A stretch of DNA of 62,574 bases, the filler included, from Stramenopiles sp. TOSAG23-3 (taxonomy: Eukaryota): NCBI GenBank assembly GCA_900128585.1. It is 10 parts of 10 records of this genome, joined end to end, with 100 filler letters (N's around TTAATTAATTAA, not from the genome) between each part and the next. Parts side by side here need not be neighbours in the genome. Positions count along the whole stretch, not along the records: positions 10,794 to 21,467 come from LT642798.1; positions 21,568 to 32,183 come from LT642799.1; 8 more parts are not named here. One strand, written 5' to 3'. Below are positions 11,799-24,509 of the stretch, in pieces. Position 1 is the first letter of the stretch. Each line of letters opens with the position of its first letter. The notes under the pieces are model-generated. The model searched no databases. It saw only the letters and a program-made list of their open reading frames with translations, and was not told the origin of the DNA. Made by a program: the position numbers and the translations under genes.

Positions 11799-12599
11799 AT
11801 GAAATCAATCCGTGTTTGTATAATTTTGTGTTCACTCGTTTCTGTCCTGGGTCTGTCGAGGACGTCGGGTGCTCAACATAGACCTGCTGAACAAGTGATT
11901 CCCAAAGCCCAAGTGTTCGACGAGCCGCGGATCAGTTTCTTATCAAACTTAGAGCGGGTAGATAAAGGCGCTGCAATTGAGCGAGTGAACACGTATGTGG
12001 TATCAAAAGATGCTAAAAATGTGAACAAAAAAAATAACAGCCTAAACGGTCAAAGCTACGCAGAATGGGAAAGTTCAACTATGACCACTGCGTTTTCAAA
12101 CCATTCTTATACGCCTGTGCAAGTCCCTGAAGGTTATTATAACAAATTGAAATCCAAAGCAGATTCTATTACATTGTCTTTGTTTTCTCGTAAACTTCGA
12201 CAGGCGAGACGTTCTAGGCGTATACGCATTTGTCAAGTTTGCGATAGTTCTGTTGACACTGGCCGTATCATAGTAAGAAATGAAGCTGTCCGTGGTGCTT
12301 TAAAGAGTAAAGGACTAGTGGCCTTTGTAGATATGATTTGTGCCTCGTTGAAAGATGGTTTTTCGGCAGAGCTTGATTTTTTAGAATGTGATGTCCTGCA
12401 CAAACATATTGCATCTTACTATGATCCGAAATATGTACACACGTTGCATAGCAATTCGGGTAGATATAACGAAGATGGTACAACTTTCGCACGGATTGGT
12501 ATCACTAGAAAAGTTAACATAGCACTTGCAAGTGCATTACAAAATTGCAAGTCTCTGCTGGGTCTGGACTTTTGTGATGCAGTTATGAAGGATTTGTAG
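11799..12599 (+). CDS. Hypothetical secreted protein
   Basis: 266 aa with an N-terminal signal-like sequence and several Cys; no recognised family. Confidence 0.6.
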   Translation: MKSIRVCIILCSLVSVLGLSRTSGAQHRPAEQVIPKAQVFDEPRISFLSNLERVDKGAAIERVNTYVVSKDAKNVNKKNNSLNGQSYAEWESSTMTTAFSNHSYTPVQVPEGYYNKLKSKADSITLSLFSRKLRQARRSRRIRICQVCDSSVDTGRIIVRNEAVRGALKSKGLVAFVDMICASLKDGFSAELDFLECDVLHKHIASYYDPKYVHTLHSNSGRYNEDGTTFARIGITRKVNIALASALQNCKSLLGLDFCDAVMKDL

Positions 12600-12809
12600 C
12601 TTGGATACTTATGGAAGTGGGAAAGTGAATGAAATAGCCATTGCGTAGCATTTCAATGAAAATATCGAGTCTTGAATCAGCTGGAAATAAAAACTAAATA
12701 ACATAACTGCTGTTATTTAAAAAACTAATGGATATAGTACTGTTTTAAGACTCTCAAGATTATCCTAATTGTAGAACTGAATCTAATTTTGCGACTGCTA
12801 AAAATCATA

Positions 12810-14305
12810 TCACTTAAAGTCGGTCGGTACCTCCTTTGTCGTTCCTACGATATTGTATCTCTTCAAAACTTTGTACCATCCCGTCTGGTTGTGTTCCATA
12901 ATTGACTTGTTCAAATGATTGAGAACTATACTGTGACTCCGATTTTTCAATATCCGGGCTGTTAGTAATTTCCGTAAGAAGGCAGCGACTGTTTTTGTTT
13001 TTAGATTGTCTGGTTCTGCCATCCTGTACTGGAACTTCACTGTTGCCTCGGACATTAAGAAAATTGGGATGTCATTGGTGTTGATATTTCATGGGCGTAT
13101 CGATTTCACCCGATTGTCGTGCTAAACGAGATAGAACTTTTCCAACTGCCCGTAGGTTATTTTCCGTTTGTTCTTTTATCAGACTTATACAGTTGTTGTG
13201 TGTCTGTAAATGGCATTCGCCCGCCTGTTGTCTCTGTAACACTCCTAAATACCAATGGGTTGACTTCACATTGATAGGGATCAAGATCTTGTTGAAAACT
13301 TTTTTACTAGGCGACTGTTGTATCCTTTTTTTAATAATTCTCAAGATCCTGTCGGTCGGAAGGTGGGACAACAATACGTCTGCCAAATATGAATCTGGTC
13401 CAATGGTTAGATTGAGCGACTTTATTGCCAGCTGAATAGCGTCCCCTGCTACGTATTGATCTGGAAATAGGGTTGAAATAGCTGCTACGATAGGTGAATT
13501 TCGGAATTCCACAAAATTCTCCGGTTAAAACCATTTGTTTACCTCCATGCTCCTGCGTATGTGGACTTTTAGAGATTGAGCCCATGACATTCCTTCGTGT
13601 AATCCTTCTACTATCATCTTAATGAGCCGGGCTCTTATTTGGATACTATGTGTCTCGATTTGGGAAGGTGACATGGAGAGTTTTATTCCGGACCTGCAAT
13701 TTCCCATGATGTAGAAGATCGTGTGGATCCCACAATTGTTGCGGGACACTTTGGGTTGTTTCTCATGATTCCTGCTAGTTTCGCGTGCGCTTGGGTTCGC
13801 CAAAGAGAATAGTCGTCGGAGATATTTTTCGTTTTCCTGTATGTTTCTAATCCTTTTCAGTTCATATTCACTCATAGGCTCGTTGGGTTCGTCACCTGGG
13901 ATTTCTGTCGGACCGGTTTCTGTTTTCTTCCGTATGGTTGGTGATGTCACTCGGATTGGTGATGTCGCGGCCTCTATTGCCCATTTCTTGTCGGCGATTC
14001 GGATGTGTGGGCGTCGAGTAGGCGATCTTAAAGGGTTGCGTGGGGACACTGCCAAATCTTGTGCTAACCGGGTCCTATGTGCGAAGCCCGCTTCAATTCC
14101 TGTTACGACCGCTTCACTGACGTTTTTTTGTATTATTCTGATCCACCAATCTATCCATTGTTGTCGAGCACTGAGGTAACTTCGGCACTGGGGGGTTTCA
14201 GAAATCGGATTTCGGATAATCGGACTAAGACTTTATGCGCATCTTTGCTTAGGACCCCGAATATATTGACTCCAAAAGGCGTTACCTTTGGTTCACCTCC
14301 GCTTG
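12810..14305 (-). pseudogene. 5'-truncated RLE-type non-LTR retrotransposon relic followed by a Ulp1/C48-like protease region
   Basis: Reads GGEPKVTPFGVNIFGVLSKDAHKVLVRLSEIRF / frameshift ~14198 / SYLSARQQWIDWWIRIIQKNVSEAV (RLE C-terminus). Then NNCGIH, an in-frame TAA at 13525, and ILIPINVKSTHWYL. Confidence 0.55.
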
Positions 14306-14422
14306 AAACAAATTATATATAGTTGTTATGTCTAGATGTTTAATAAGTCAAAAAAAGAAAAGAAAAAAGAAGGTAAAACCGTCCAAGAACCCAAACTCCT
14401 CCTTGTTCCAGAATAAGACTTC

Positions 14423-14729
14423 TATCATAAAATTGTTTGAGACAGCGGCTATTATTGTTTTGTAGATGCCTGGCTATATCCCAAAACGTATTACGATGAT
14501 CATAACGATGAATTTCTTTCAAGTCGTATACATAAACCTGCGTAAATGTATCTTCTAAAGATCCAAGTCTACCAAGAGTATATGGATTTTCCACTTCAGG
14601 GCGTATTCGTATTCATCATTCAAAGTATCATAAAATTGTTTAAGACAGCGGCTATTATTGTTTTGTAGATGCCTGGCTATATCCCAAAACGTATTATAAT
14701 GATGAATTTCTTTCAAGTCGTATACATAA
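14423..14729. repeat. Local direct duplication of ~105-113 bp (14423-14535 and 14626-14729)
   Basis: tatcataaaattgttt...gacagcggctattattg...caagtcgtatacataa occurs twice, with a small indel. Confidence 0.9.
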
Positions 14730-14810
14730 CTGCTGTTATTTATGTTACAAAAGCATACTATATAATTTGTTTTTTATGTTACCAACAGGTGTATTTAAAA
14801 TTGAAGAACT

Positions 14811-15030
14811 AAAACGAAAAATTGGCTGCTATTTAAAAAGTAATTAAAATTTAGCTTCCTCGTAAACCGCGAAAATAAATCTACTGAGCATTTGTCCATT
14901 AAAGGTTTGCATATTCTGCTTGTACTGCGAACTGATCTCAAATGTTGCCCTTGTCACTTAGTCTTGACTATCATGTTCAGATGTACTCCATGCGTAGTCC
15001 GAATCGGTAGGTGGATTTGCGTCAATGGCA
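14811..15030. repeat. Dispersed modular repeat family member (copies at 20193-20370 and, inverted, 52030-52505)
   Basis: Shared blocks AAAACRARAAATTGGCTGYTATTT, gtactgcgaact and cccttgtcacttagtcttgactatcat...tccgaatc. Confidence 0.8.
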
Positions 15031-17183
15031 AAAGACCCGTTTAAGACTTATCTTCTTCATGTACCACGAATTTATTTCTGCTCCTTATGCCCAATAAGGT
15101 TTTACGAATAATTCCTTCATGTACTGTTCTCCGAATTCATTTCTGCTTCTGTGGTTTTCTCAATCAATTTACCCTTGTCATTTAGTCTCATTTAATGGAC
15201 TATTATCCTCTCGTGCACTCCATGCAAGTAAATACTTCCACTGGTATCTGGATTGTAAATTACTCAGGTTAACTTGTTAGTCTCAAATTTATTTCCCTCC
15301 GTCTCGGGTTTATATATTTTCGCTTTTTGTTTTTTTTTCTTGTTGTTTCTTTTCGCTTTTGTGAACATCCAGAGAAAATTCACAATGTTCTTCTAGGCAC
15401 CATTGACCTGCCATTGTTCCCAAAGTTACTTGCTTTTCGAACAGTCGGGGGTGATTTTCCCCTCCGGTCATTAAGCATATCTGATGGAATGACATCCCAC
15501 GCACGCTCAGATGGCAGAGAGGCATCCGTGGGATCACTTTCACCCCAGTCAACCGGTTCATCCTTAGGCATGCCCAAAAATAATACAGACACTAGGCAGT
15601 AAGTGCATAATATGTACAGACGATATTACCGTTTATATGATCAATTCCTTCTCCCCGGGGCAATTTGCCGCGGTTTGAAAGTGGCTGATATTGTTTTTTT
15701 TGTGTAGCCGGGGCTTCCAAGTGGGAGCGAATATCCTAAGTGCCAGGGGGATTCTTACGTGTTGTGGTGCTTTGCTTTACCTCTAAGATATGATACACGT
15801 ACACATTGCCTACATATTGGTTTTCTCAAGCAACATCAAAAACTTGTTTTTCTTCTTACAATTGTAGTGTAAAGGTATTTTACAAATACGAAAATATGCA
15901 TATTTTAGATGGGAAAATCAGTTCGAAAATAAAATAACAGGTAATAGCAACAGTCAAATTAAGAAAAAAATATTTAGGTTTTTCTTCTTCTTCCGACTGT
16001 CCGATTTAAATGACTTCTACTCTACGACGCATTTTGGGTATTTTAGTTTAGTTAAAATCTATAAATAAAGGGAGTGTAAGTAGAAACAAATCTTCCCCTC
16101 TTGCTACAAACGAGATTTGTGGACTTTCTAAAGATCTTTCCCTAGATCTGGTCAAGACTCCGCTCCGATTGGCTAAAAAATAGCAGCTATATAGTGTTTT
16201 TAAAGGTTATCGTTTTCTGTTCATTGACTCTATAAAAGAATGATCGGTTATGAGTTTGATCTTATCCTGTTCATATACACACACACATGTAAGTGTACAT
16301 TCTGGGAATCCTAAGCGGCCAAGCCGATCAACAATTTCCAGGACGTATCATATAATTTAAATATAAGAACAAAATATATTCTGTTATTTAGAGATAATTT
16401 ATGCTCTTAAATTAATTTGAGATAAGATTATAAAAACACCTAATTCAGTTTATCTAAAAATTATAAAGTAAATGTTACCATTTGAGTAAATGCATTTGGT
16501 TATTTGTAAACCAATATATCGCCGTCAATGAATTATTTCTGTCGCTAGGTTATCCTTTTCTTGTCTCTTAAATTGTTTCATTTCCTTTTTCCTCTGCTCT
16601 TTTTTTTTCTTTCCTTTTCCTGAAATGTAACATAAAGTTAAGTTTCAACAAAAAACTATTTCAGTTTATCTAAATTAATAAGTTACATTTCTGTTGCAAA
16701 TGTTGTTTTGTGACAATATGATGTTTTTCTTTTATTTTTCAGTATTATTTCTATACACATTTTCTGTTGGTTGCTTTTATTCTTTTCGTCGAACCTTTCT
16801 ATTATTCATTTCCTGTTGTAAATCTCCCTAGTCTGAGTTAATGTTCCAGGAACCCTCGTACAAGTAATGTTCTTTTCACAATCGGTGAAATGTTGGTTTA
16901 TTATATCCTCTATATATATCAGACCTAAAAAATAGGAAATATCAGTACAGGAACACACCATAAGGATTATTTTTAACTAATACATAGAATTAGCATAGAA
17001 GTGTTTTTTTATTTCACAAAAAATGGTTTAGTTAATTTTCACTATACCATTTGATATAGGTAAATATTACAAGTACGGCATTTTAAGTTTTTGCGATAAA
17101 ATTCCATGTTTTTTGTACTAGAGAGGCTAATATTACAAGATTTCGAACTTGTAATACAATTTCCACGCTCCCAAGAATATTTT

Positions 17184-18818
17184 TCAGGACGGGTTTATTT
17201 TTCTACTAAACCAAATATGGTAAGTGCCGTTCAATATCGCCTTATAATCCAACCATTCGTTTTCGATGGGTTCAGTGACGATACCCTCCTTTTCTCGCTT
17301 TTTTTTATAATTTAAAAACGACATATATTTGTCTTCATTTGGAGCTGGGTTACACCATTTTACCCAGCGCTGTTGTACCGTTTCGGTTACACTAGGATTT
17401 TTCATATCTGGCAAACGCATGTTATCAAGAATAAAAACTTGGACTACAATTTCCGTTCCCAATAATGATTTTGTGGTATCAAACTGGTGCTCACTCTCAA
17501 AATGATATATAACAGGGCCTGAAAATCCTTCTTGTTCGCTAAATAAGACTCGCTCTGTTTCAAACGTTTTTCCGAAAAATGAATACTTGCAGTACATTCC
17601 TTGTACTGCGTCATCGGTATCATTTTCGAAACCAGTGATCTCAAGATGGTATAAGCAAGGTTCTTTCTGTAATTTTTCCGGGCTAGAGGTGTCGTCACTG
17701 TGGATTTTTCCCTCCTCTGCTTCGGGCGATAATGTAGCCATCCAACAAATAGAGATATTGCCGACAGTTAACATGTCTTCTTTCCCACTCTCCAGTGCCC
17801 CAGAAGACATTTTTGTGTTATTTTTTCCCTCGGCACTATTGTGCTCAACCCGTGTCAACATAACAACTTCAGTCGAGCTGTTACCTTTTGTGGTATCTAA
17901 GCTGGTACGTGCAGTACCAAACAATTTGTACTCGGGCGTATGGATACCATTAATAACCGCGTTCGCAAGTACTGCCAATTCTGGCTCGCCTTTGCAATCT
18001 TCGGATGTTCGCTGAAAAAAAGGTTCAAGTAGATCAAATTCTTTTGATAACGCACGACGTTCGAGGAAGTTATGAAATGACAGCAACTCGGTGCCTTTGC
18101 TTATTGAAGTATGCGGTGTTGAATCCTCAGTGTAACACCTTGACAATGCATGCGTCCACTCATTAACCCAGTCCCGAATCATATCAATTTTCCCCCTCAT
18201 AGCCCAATTGTTAATCTCTTTCTTTGCATTTGTATAACCGTCCAATGATTGAAGTAACCCTGATGCTGAAACAAAGCCCATGGGGTCTGTAACTAACGAG
18301 TCCCAAAAATCCCTCATCGCGACTAATTCATCTGCGTTGATGCCTGTATTTTTTGAAACTTGATGGTCAGCCCATATTTCAAATGAGTCCTTGACAATGT
18401 CGGACATATGATTTGGATCTGGTACAGCATCACCAAAAAATCTCCATAAGAATGTATAATATTTAAGAATGAAGGCAATATCCTCTCGTGAAAGGTTTGA
18501 ATGATCCTCTGTGCAGTAAGAGTTGAACGCAAACAAAATTGAATCAGAATCTGATAAGGTTTGAACTAGTGGCGTGATCGACATTGTAAATTCAAAGAAG
18601 TCAACTTTCCCCGTTCCATTTCGATCGTGAATTGTGAACACCCGATCAAGCACATCTCTACTTTTCAGATTGATATCCATCGCAGACATAATTCTATGCA
18701 ACCGATGCCGAGACAGTTCCATTTGAGTGTTTGTTTCATCACGGAGACGGCGAGAAAGCTTCATGAAGCTCCATGAATTAAAATTTAACTGCTTTGCAAG
18801 TGCGGTAGTTGTCGACAT
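17184..18818 (-). CDS. EF-hand calcium-binding protein with possible C-terminal C2-like domain
   Basis: DRNGTGKVDFFEF EF-hand plus a degenerate partner; beta-rich YCKYSFFG...VQVF segment. Confidence 0.7.
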   Translation of the reverse strand: MSTTTALAKQLNFNSWSFMKLSRRLRDETNTQMELSRHRLHRIMSAMDINLKSRDVLDRVFTIHDRNGTGKVDFFEFTMSITPLVQTLSDSDSILFAFNSYCTEDHSNLSREDIAFILKYYTFLWRFFGDAVPDPNHMSDIVKDSFEIWADHQVSKNTGINADELVAMRDFWDSLVTDPMGFVSASGLLQSLDGYTNAKKEINNWAMRGKIDMIRDWVNEWTHALSRCYTEDSTPHTSISKGTELLSFHNFLERRALSKEFDLLEPFFQRTSEDCKGEPELAVLANAVINGIHTPEYKLFGTARTSLDTTKGNSSTEVVMLTRVEHNSAEGKNNTKMSSGALESGKEDMLTVGNISICWMATLSPEAEEGKIHSDDTSSPEKLQKEPCLYHLEITGFENDTDDAVQGMYCKYSFFGKTFETERVLFSEQEGFSGPVIYHFESEHQFDTTKSLLGTEIVVQVFILDNMRLPDMKNPSVTETVQQRWVKWCNPAPNEDKYMSFLNYKKKREKEGIVTEPIENEWLDYKAILNGTYHIWFSRKINPS

Positions 18819-20529
18819 TTGTGCGATTGTAATGGTGTGTGTTTGTGATAAAAATATTTTTACAATTTATAAGTTGATTTCAAATGAATCTAACAACGGG
18901 GGTCGTTTTTGAAATGAAAATATTTTTAGAGCATTAAGCCCAAAGATTATTTCACTTGTCCGTTGAACTTTTTGGTTGTGGGAATTAATTTAAATTAAGT
19001 ACTTTTGTTGCACTAAGGTTGTTTTCCTTAATCGAATTTATTAATTGTGTCGAAATGGTTTGAACTAGAGCCGCACATCATAAATCCGCTATCTAAATGA
19101 ATGAATGTCATTAGGGATTTCTAATACAATGTATTTAAGGGATTCAAATCCGTAATCAAGAAAAAAGAAACATTGAAGAAAAGCAACTGAACTTGTGTTT
19201 TTTCATCGTTTTTTCTTCTAGTTGAAGCGTAGCGAAACATTTTGCCTTTATTATCCCGTGCACTTTCGTTTTTTGCTAGACTATATTTGTCGTTTCATCG
19301 ATATTGTGAAATCAGAAACTTTAAAAAACACTAATTTTTATCCCCATATTCCTTATCTTATCGAAAAAGGGCCAAGAGATCGCATACACGAGTGTGCTGT
19401 TAATTTTATTGTCTCTAATGTTATCGAAGTACTACTGAATATCTGAACTCATCAAAGAGGTACGCAATCAAGACCTTTATTGTCGATATACTTCTTTTGT
19501 ATTTTTAATTGGCAATTAGCGTGAGTAGTGTCTCCCTACTTTTTGGTTTCAAGGCACTTTTATTTATTCTGAATATATGCTAGCGCTATCAGAATTAGAG
19601 ATTACAACTAGATCCTCGTTCTTTAATTTATCTCATCTATAATTTAAGGTAGGAATCACTCGGATAGTTTACCTTGTTTTTATATTAATAAAGGGGATAC
19701 GAATCATGTGTCGTCCGCTACGCTACACACCCCTGGATCGATATAATATACTCACGCTAAGGCGTCCTAATGCCTCATGATCAGGGTCATAATTCCGAAG
19801 GGAGCAAGAGATCGCAATCTTCCTATTACAGCCTACATATGATTGCGTGCATCACTGTTTTAATTTATTATCAGAGAGTCCCCGAGAGTCCCGCATACGA
19901 TATGTGATATGTAAAAAAAATATATAGTCGTCTAGTATGTTTTAAGACTCTCATTTTAAATCAATTACTATCGCAGTTCCAACCGTAATCCTATCTTGAT
20001 GGTTTAATTTAATTTTTTAATTTCGTTTCGTCGTTGATTGTCAATCACTGAGGAATTATTTTTATTCCAATGAGAAGAATTATTACCAGGTGATAACAAT
20101 TCTTTTCTTGTGAAAGGCGATTTGAACTCAACAAAACGATCCAATTCCCAGTCGTATATTTAACCAAAAGGGTTTATTAGTAGTATTTTAGTAAAAACAA
20201 GAAAATTGGTTGTTATTTCGGTAATTAATTTAATGTACTGCGAACTAAACTCTACTGGTGTGATTTTAGTACTCGATAAACCCTTGTCACATAGTCATGA
20301 CTATCATTTTCATATGTACTCCATGCATAATCCGAATCGGTGAGTGAAAACGCGTTAACGCCATAAGACCCATAATCAACTTCCTCATCCAATATCGCAT
20401 TCATAAATGAATCATTCCTTTTGTGGTTTTCCGAGCAGCGGCGTGAATGTTTTAGAAGTGCTCGTTGTCTGTCTTGTAAACCAGGTAGGGAATTGTCATT
20501 TTTGAGTTAAGGTGTCGGGTAAGGTACGT

Positions 20530-21390
20530 TTAAGTCAGTGTGCGCAGTCGGCGTTTGTGTGTGCTGTTCCGATGGTGAAGATTCGATAAGCAGTGCAATG
20601 GTTGGGGTCGTTGGCGCGCCAGTTGGAGTCTCGTCCTGCCGGCAATGCTCTGGTCCCCTTCTTCTGAAGACTGTGTTGAGGACTGTACCTCTGTGTCGTC
20701 ATCCGAGGGTGACACTATTATGGTCGGGCCGTTATTGGATTGCTCCGAGCTTTGCGGTTCTATCTCGACCTCCGAATCCAAGATATCCAAGGCCTGGGGT
20801 TGGGAGTACCTGGCGAGGGGCGCGGTGTCGACTGCTTCCTCGGCATAGTCCATTGGCAGGGCTGTTGGGACATAGGCACGGAATATCCGGATCCCTGATG
20901 CTATAGACTTGGCGACCACATTATATATGTTCCGCTGGAAGATTCGCATCTGCCAGTCCATCCATCTCTGGCGTGCTGCTAGGTAACCGAGGCTACCAGC
21001 GGTGATCGGGGTGGGGAACTTTATTTCCGCGAGGCGGTTAAGGAGGGCCTTGCCCCCCCTCTGAAAAGGCCCCGCTGAGACTCATCCCGAACAGAGCTAT
21101 TTTGGGGGCGCCATCGCGGGCAGGGTTCAGGTGTCTCAAGATGTCAAGCGCTTCCGCGTTGTCATTGTTTTCTATGAAATCATTCCATGCTTGCGCGTAT
21201 TTTGAGCCTTTGGATCGTTCGTTGGTCTGTAGTTGGGTGTATTTTCCCTGACAGAAATGGACGTCCCAGTGCTCGGCTTGGAGGTCCCGGGCGCGGCATA
21301 TGTTATGGAGGGTGGTGAACTGTTCCTTCCGCCTCTCTATGCTGTTCGGGTTTTGATTGACATTGGGGCCCTGGGCGCTGTTGTTGATCG
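20530..21390 (-). pseudogene. Second 5'-truncated RLE-type non-LTR retrotransposon relic
   Basis: HWDVHF...NERSKGSKYA (RLE D...E..K..KY pattern), DGAPKIALFGMSLSGAFSEGG / frameshift in C7 run 21053-21059 / KALLNRLAEIKF...YLAARQRWMDWQMRIFQRNI. Homologous to the 14300-14090 segment. Confidence 0.6.
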
Positions 21391-21567
21391 TATTTTAGTA
21401 AGTGACACAATTCAGTTTATCCAAATTTATAAATAAAATGATTTTTTAAGAAAACAAATTATATATGNNNNNNNNNNNNNNNNNNNNNNNNNNNNNNNNN
21501 NNNNNNNNNNNTTAATTAATTAANNNNNNNNNNNNNNNNNNNNNNNNNNNNNNNNNNNNNNNNNNNN

Positions 21568-22726
21568 CGATGCGGACACCGCCGGGGCTGAGCGCACTAC
21601 GGTCCCCATAGATAGCGTTTTTGTTCAAAGAAATATTGATCATTTCGCAGGTAATTTCCATTTTGCTGCCGGTGATTCCCGCCGGGCGAAGATCCCATAG
21701 CTGCAAGTGGTTGTCTGAACCCCCAGTGGCCATCACGTACCCCTTTGCCGTCAGCGCTTCTCCAAGAGCTTGGCAGTTCGTCACGACATCTTTGATGTAC
21801 TGTTTAAACTCTGGGCTCATGGCTTCTTTCAGCTGGACCGCCAAGGCACCGATTTGGTGTTCGTGGGGGCCGCCTTGGAGCCCTGGGAACACTGCCATGT
21901 CAATCTTCTGGCCGAATTTTCGCTCGTCTTTGCGGTAAAATATCATTCCCGCTCGTGGGCCACGGAGGGACTTGTGCGTGGTCGTCGTCACAATGTCACA
22001 AAATTCAAACGGGCTCTTCGCAGCCCCGGTCGCGACAAGGCCACTAATGTGGGCCATGTCCATCATGAGCAAGCTCCCGTTGCTGTTCGCGATGGCCCTG
22101 AACTTCTCGTAGTCCCACTCACGGGGATACGCCGATGCGCCCATAACAAGCATGGCCGGCTTAAAGAGTGTCGACGTCTTCTCCAACGCTGGAAAATCGA
22201 TCAACCCGTCGCTCGCGGATACCTGGTACGGCAAACTTTCGAAATAAATAGACGTAGCGCTAATTTTCTTCCTTGTTCCTAGTTTCTTGTTGAGCGTGTA
22301 GTACCCGTGCGTCAAGTGCCCTCCAGAGGGCAGGTCCAGTCCCATAATTCTGTCGTGGGGCTGCAATAGAGCGGTGTACACGGCGAAATTAGCGGGGGAA
22401 CCACTGTAAGGCTGCACGTTGACTCCCCACTTTTCGGGGTCCAAGCCGTACAGCTCCAACGCGCGCTTCTGGCACAAGCTCTCGACCTGGTCGACGATTT
22501 CGCAGCCTCCATAGTACCGCTTTCCTGGGACACCTTCGGCATATTTATTAGTAAGCGCGCTACCAAGTGCTTCCATGACCGCACGGCTAGTGAAATTCTC
22601 GGACGCGATCAGCTCCAAACTCTCCCACTGCCGTCTCTTCTCTTTCTCGATCAAGTTGTAAATTTCTGGGTCGTGCTCGGCGAGCGGCTCCAAGCCCGTA
22701 AGTTCTTTTGCTGCGAGAGAGGCCAT
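21568..22726 (-). CDS. SHMT: Serine hydroxymethyltransferase (3'-truncated by contig end)
   Basis: [26 protein letters not shown] and [12 protein letters not shown] (PLP lysine). Confidence 0.98.
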
Positions 22727-24509
22727 GATAGTTAGTTTTCTTTTTGCGTTCGTTGTAAATTAAAAGGTAAATGTTCAGTTAAAATAGTTGCTGTGTGATT
22801 CTATGCACTATTTACCGTTGCTTCTCTTTTTTTCTCCTTCGTCCAGATATCTAATGAATGAATGCTTTGAATCTATCCGTACGTACTCTATAATCCAAAG
22901 GTTAATATTTATTCCTATATTGCGCTATATCTGAATAATTGTCATTGTCATGGGAATTATTGGCAGTGGACTCACCACTCAATTTTGACAAAAGAAAGCC
23001 ATTCATTCTCTATTGCTATGCAAAACAATTGTTAAGGGTATATGTTTACCTCTTATTTGTTAAAGAAGAAGTACAGAATTTCATTTGCCTTAAAAGAAAT
23101 AAAAGAAAAGATGACGATGCGATTCTAATGTTAAATATTTAAATAATAAAAAAACAGAATCAAATCAAAATCAAAATCAAAATTAAAATAGATGGTTTTA
23201 GGTCTTATTTATTATTATTATATAGAGCTAATATAATAGAAGAATATCCAATATTTATTATTTACATTAGACGACTACTCGTACATTCTATTATCTTATT
23301 TACTATCGTTAAAATTAGAAAGAAGAAAAGGAAGAATAAAAGAGGAAATTATTTTATTACATTTATTTAGAGTTATCTAGTATCTAGTACTATTTGACCT
23401 TTATCAAAAACCAATGGCCCATATTTCACAAGGTTCATCCTTGTAGTCCTCTTATTTTCTCTTTCTTTTTGATCTGAAGTGAGATAAGAGGAGTGAGGAG
23501 GAGTGAGTGTGAGAGGGGGGGGGTCATTGTATACTAGTCTAATGTACGTAATACATAGTCCTAGTCTTCTACGAAATAACTAGAACGACTACTAATAAAA
23601 TATCCAAACTTTTCTTCTTCTTTATTAGTCTAGATAATAGAGGTGAGCTACGTAGAGACTACAGTATGTCCTCTTTTGTTTTTTCGGCATCTTCATCTTC
23701 TTTCTGGTGGATAGCGTAAAAATAGTAAATAAATTGAAGCAGTGAAGCGTGTCAATCAATCAGATTCGAATATACTACAATGTACACAATACAATGCAAT
23801 ACAATGCAATGCAAACATGCCCCAAAATTATTAATGAAAAAATGAAGTCTTCTTCTTATTTACTAGTCTATTATAGTTTTATGCTGTGTGATAGTATTAG
23901 TTTAAATTGTTCTACGAGGACTAAAAAAAGATTTATTTTTTTTAGTTAAATAATCTATTTTCTTCTTCGTTCTTCTTTCTTCTTCTGAATTTTTTAGTCT
24001 TCTTCGTGTACCTTCCCTACTATTTACTTGTATATTACAAACGAACTAACTAAAGAAAACCTTCTCTTATTTTTTCAACAACAAAAAAAAAAATTCTATA
24101 TTTATCTGCAAATCTTTTATTTACAGCGACATAGTATAAGATTCATACTTCAAAAATCCAACAACACAAAAAAAGAAAATTTTCTTTTATTACCCCCACT
24201 GCTGCCTTGTACTTTATTCTTTCTCTTTACTACTACCTATCGTTTGAATAACCTGTGCTTAAGATAGAAAAGAAAGACTAAAAGATTTCACACAAATATT
24301 TAAAAGTATCATTCTTGTCGTAATTTACAAAACTGACGTCTAAACCACAGAGCGATTTATATCTTTCTCTTGGTTCTCTTCTTCACAAAAGCCCTTTAAA
24401 AACACTTATTTTATTTTATTCGAAACAAGCGAAAATCCTTTTCATTTGAATCAGGCAACTTGCATCGAATCAGAGGCATCATCATCATCATCACTTGCAC
24501 GTACAAATT

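Noticed and set aside
15310-17100. Short ORFs and splice-like signals downstream of the EF-hand gene
   Set aside because: No consistent exon chain or recognisable motif could be assembled.
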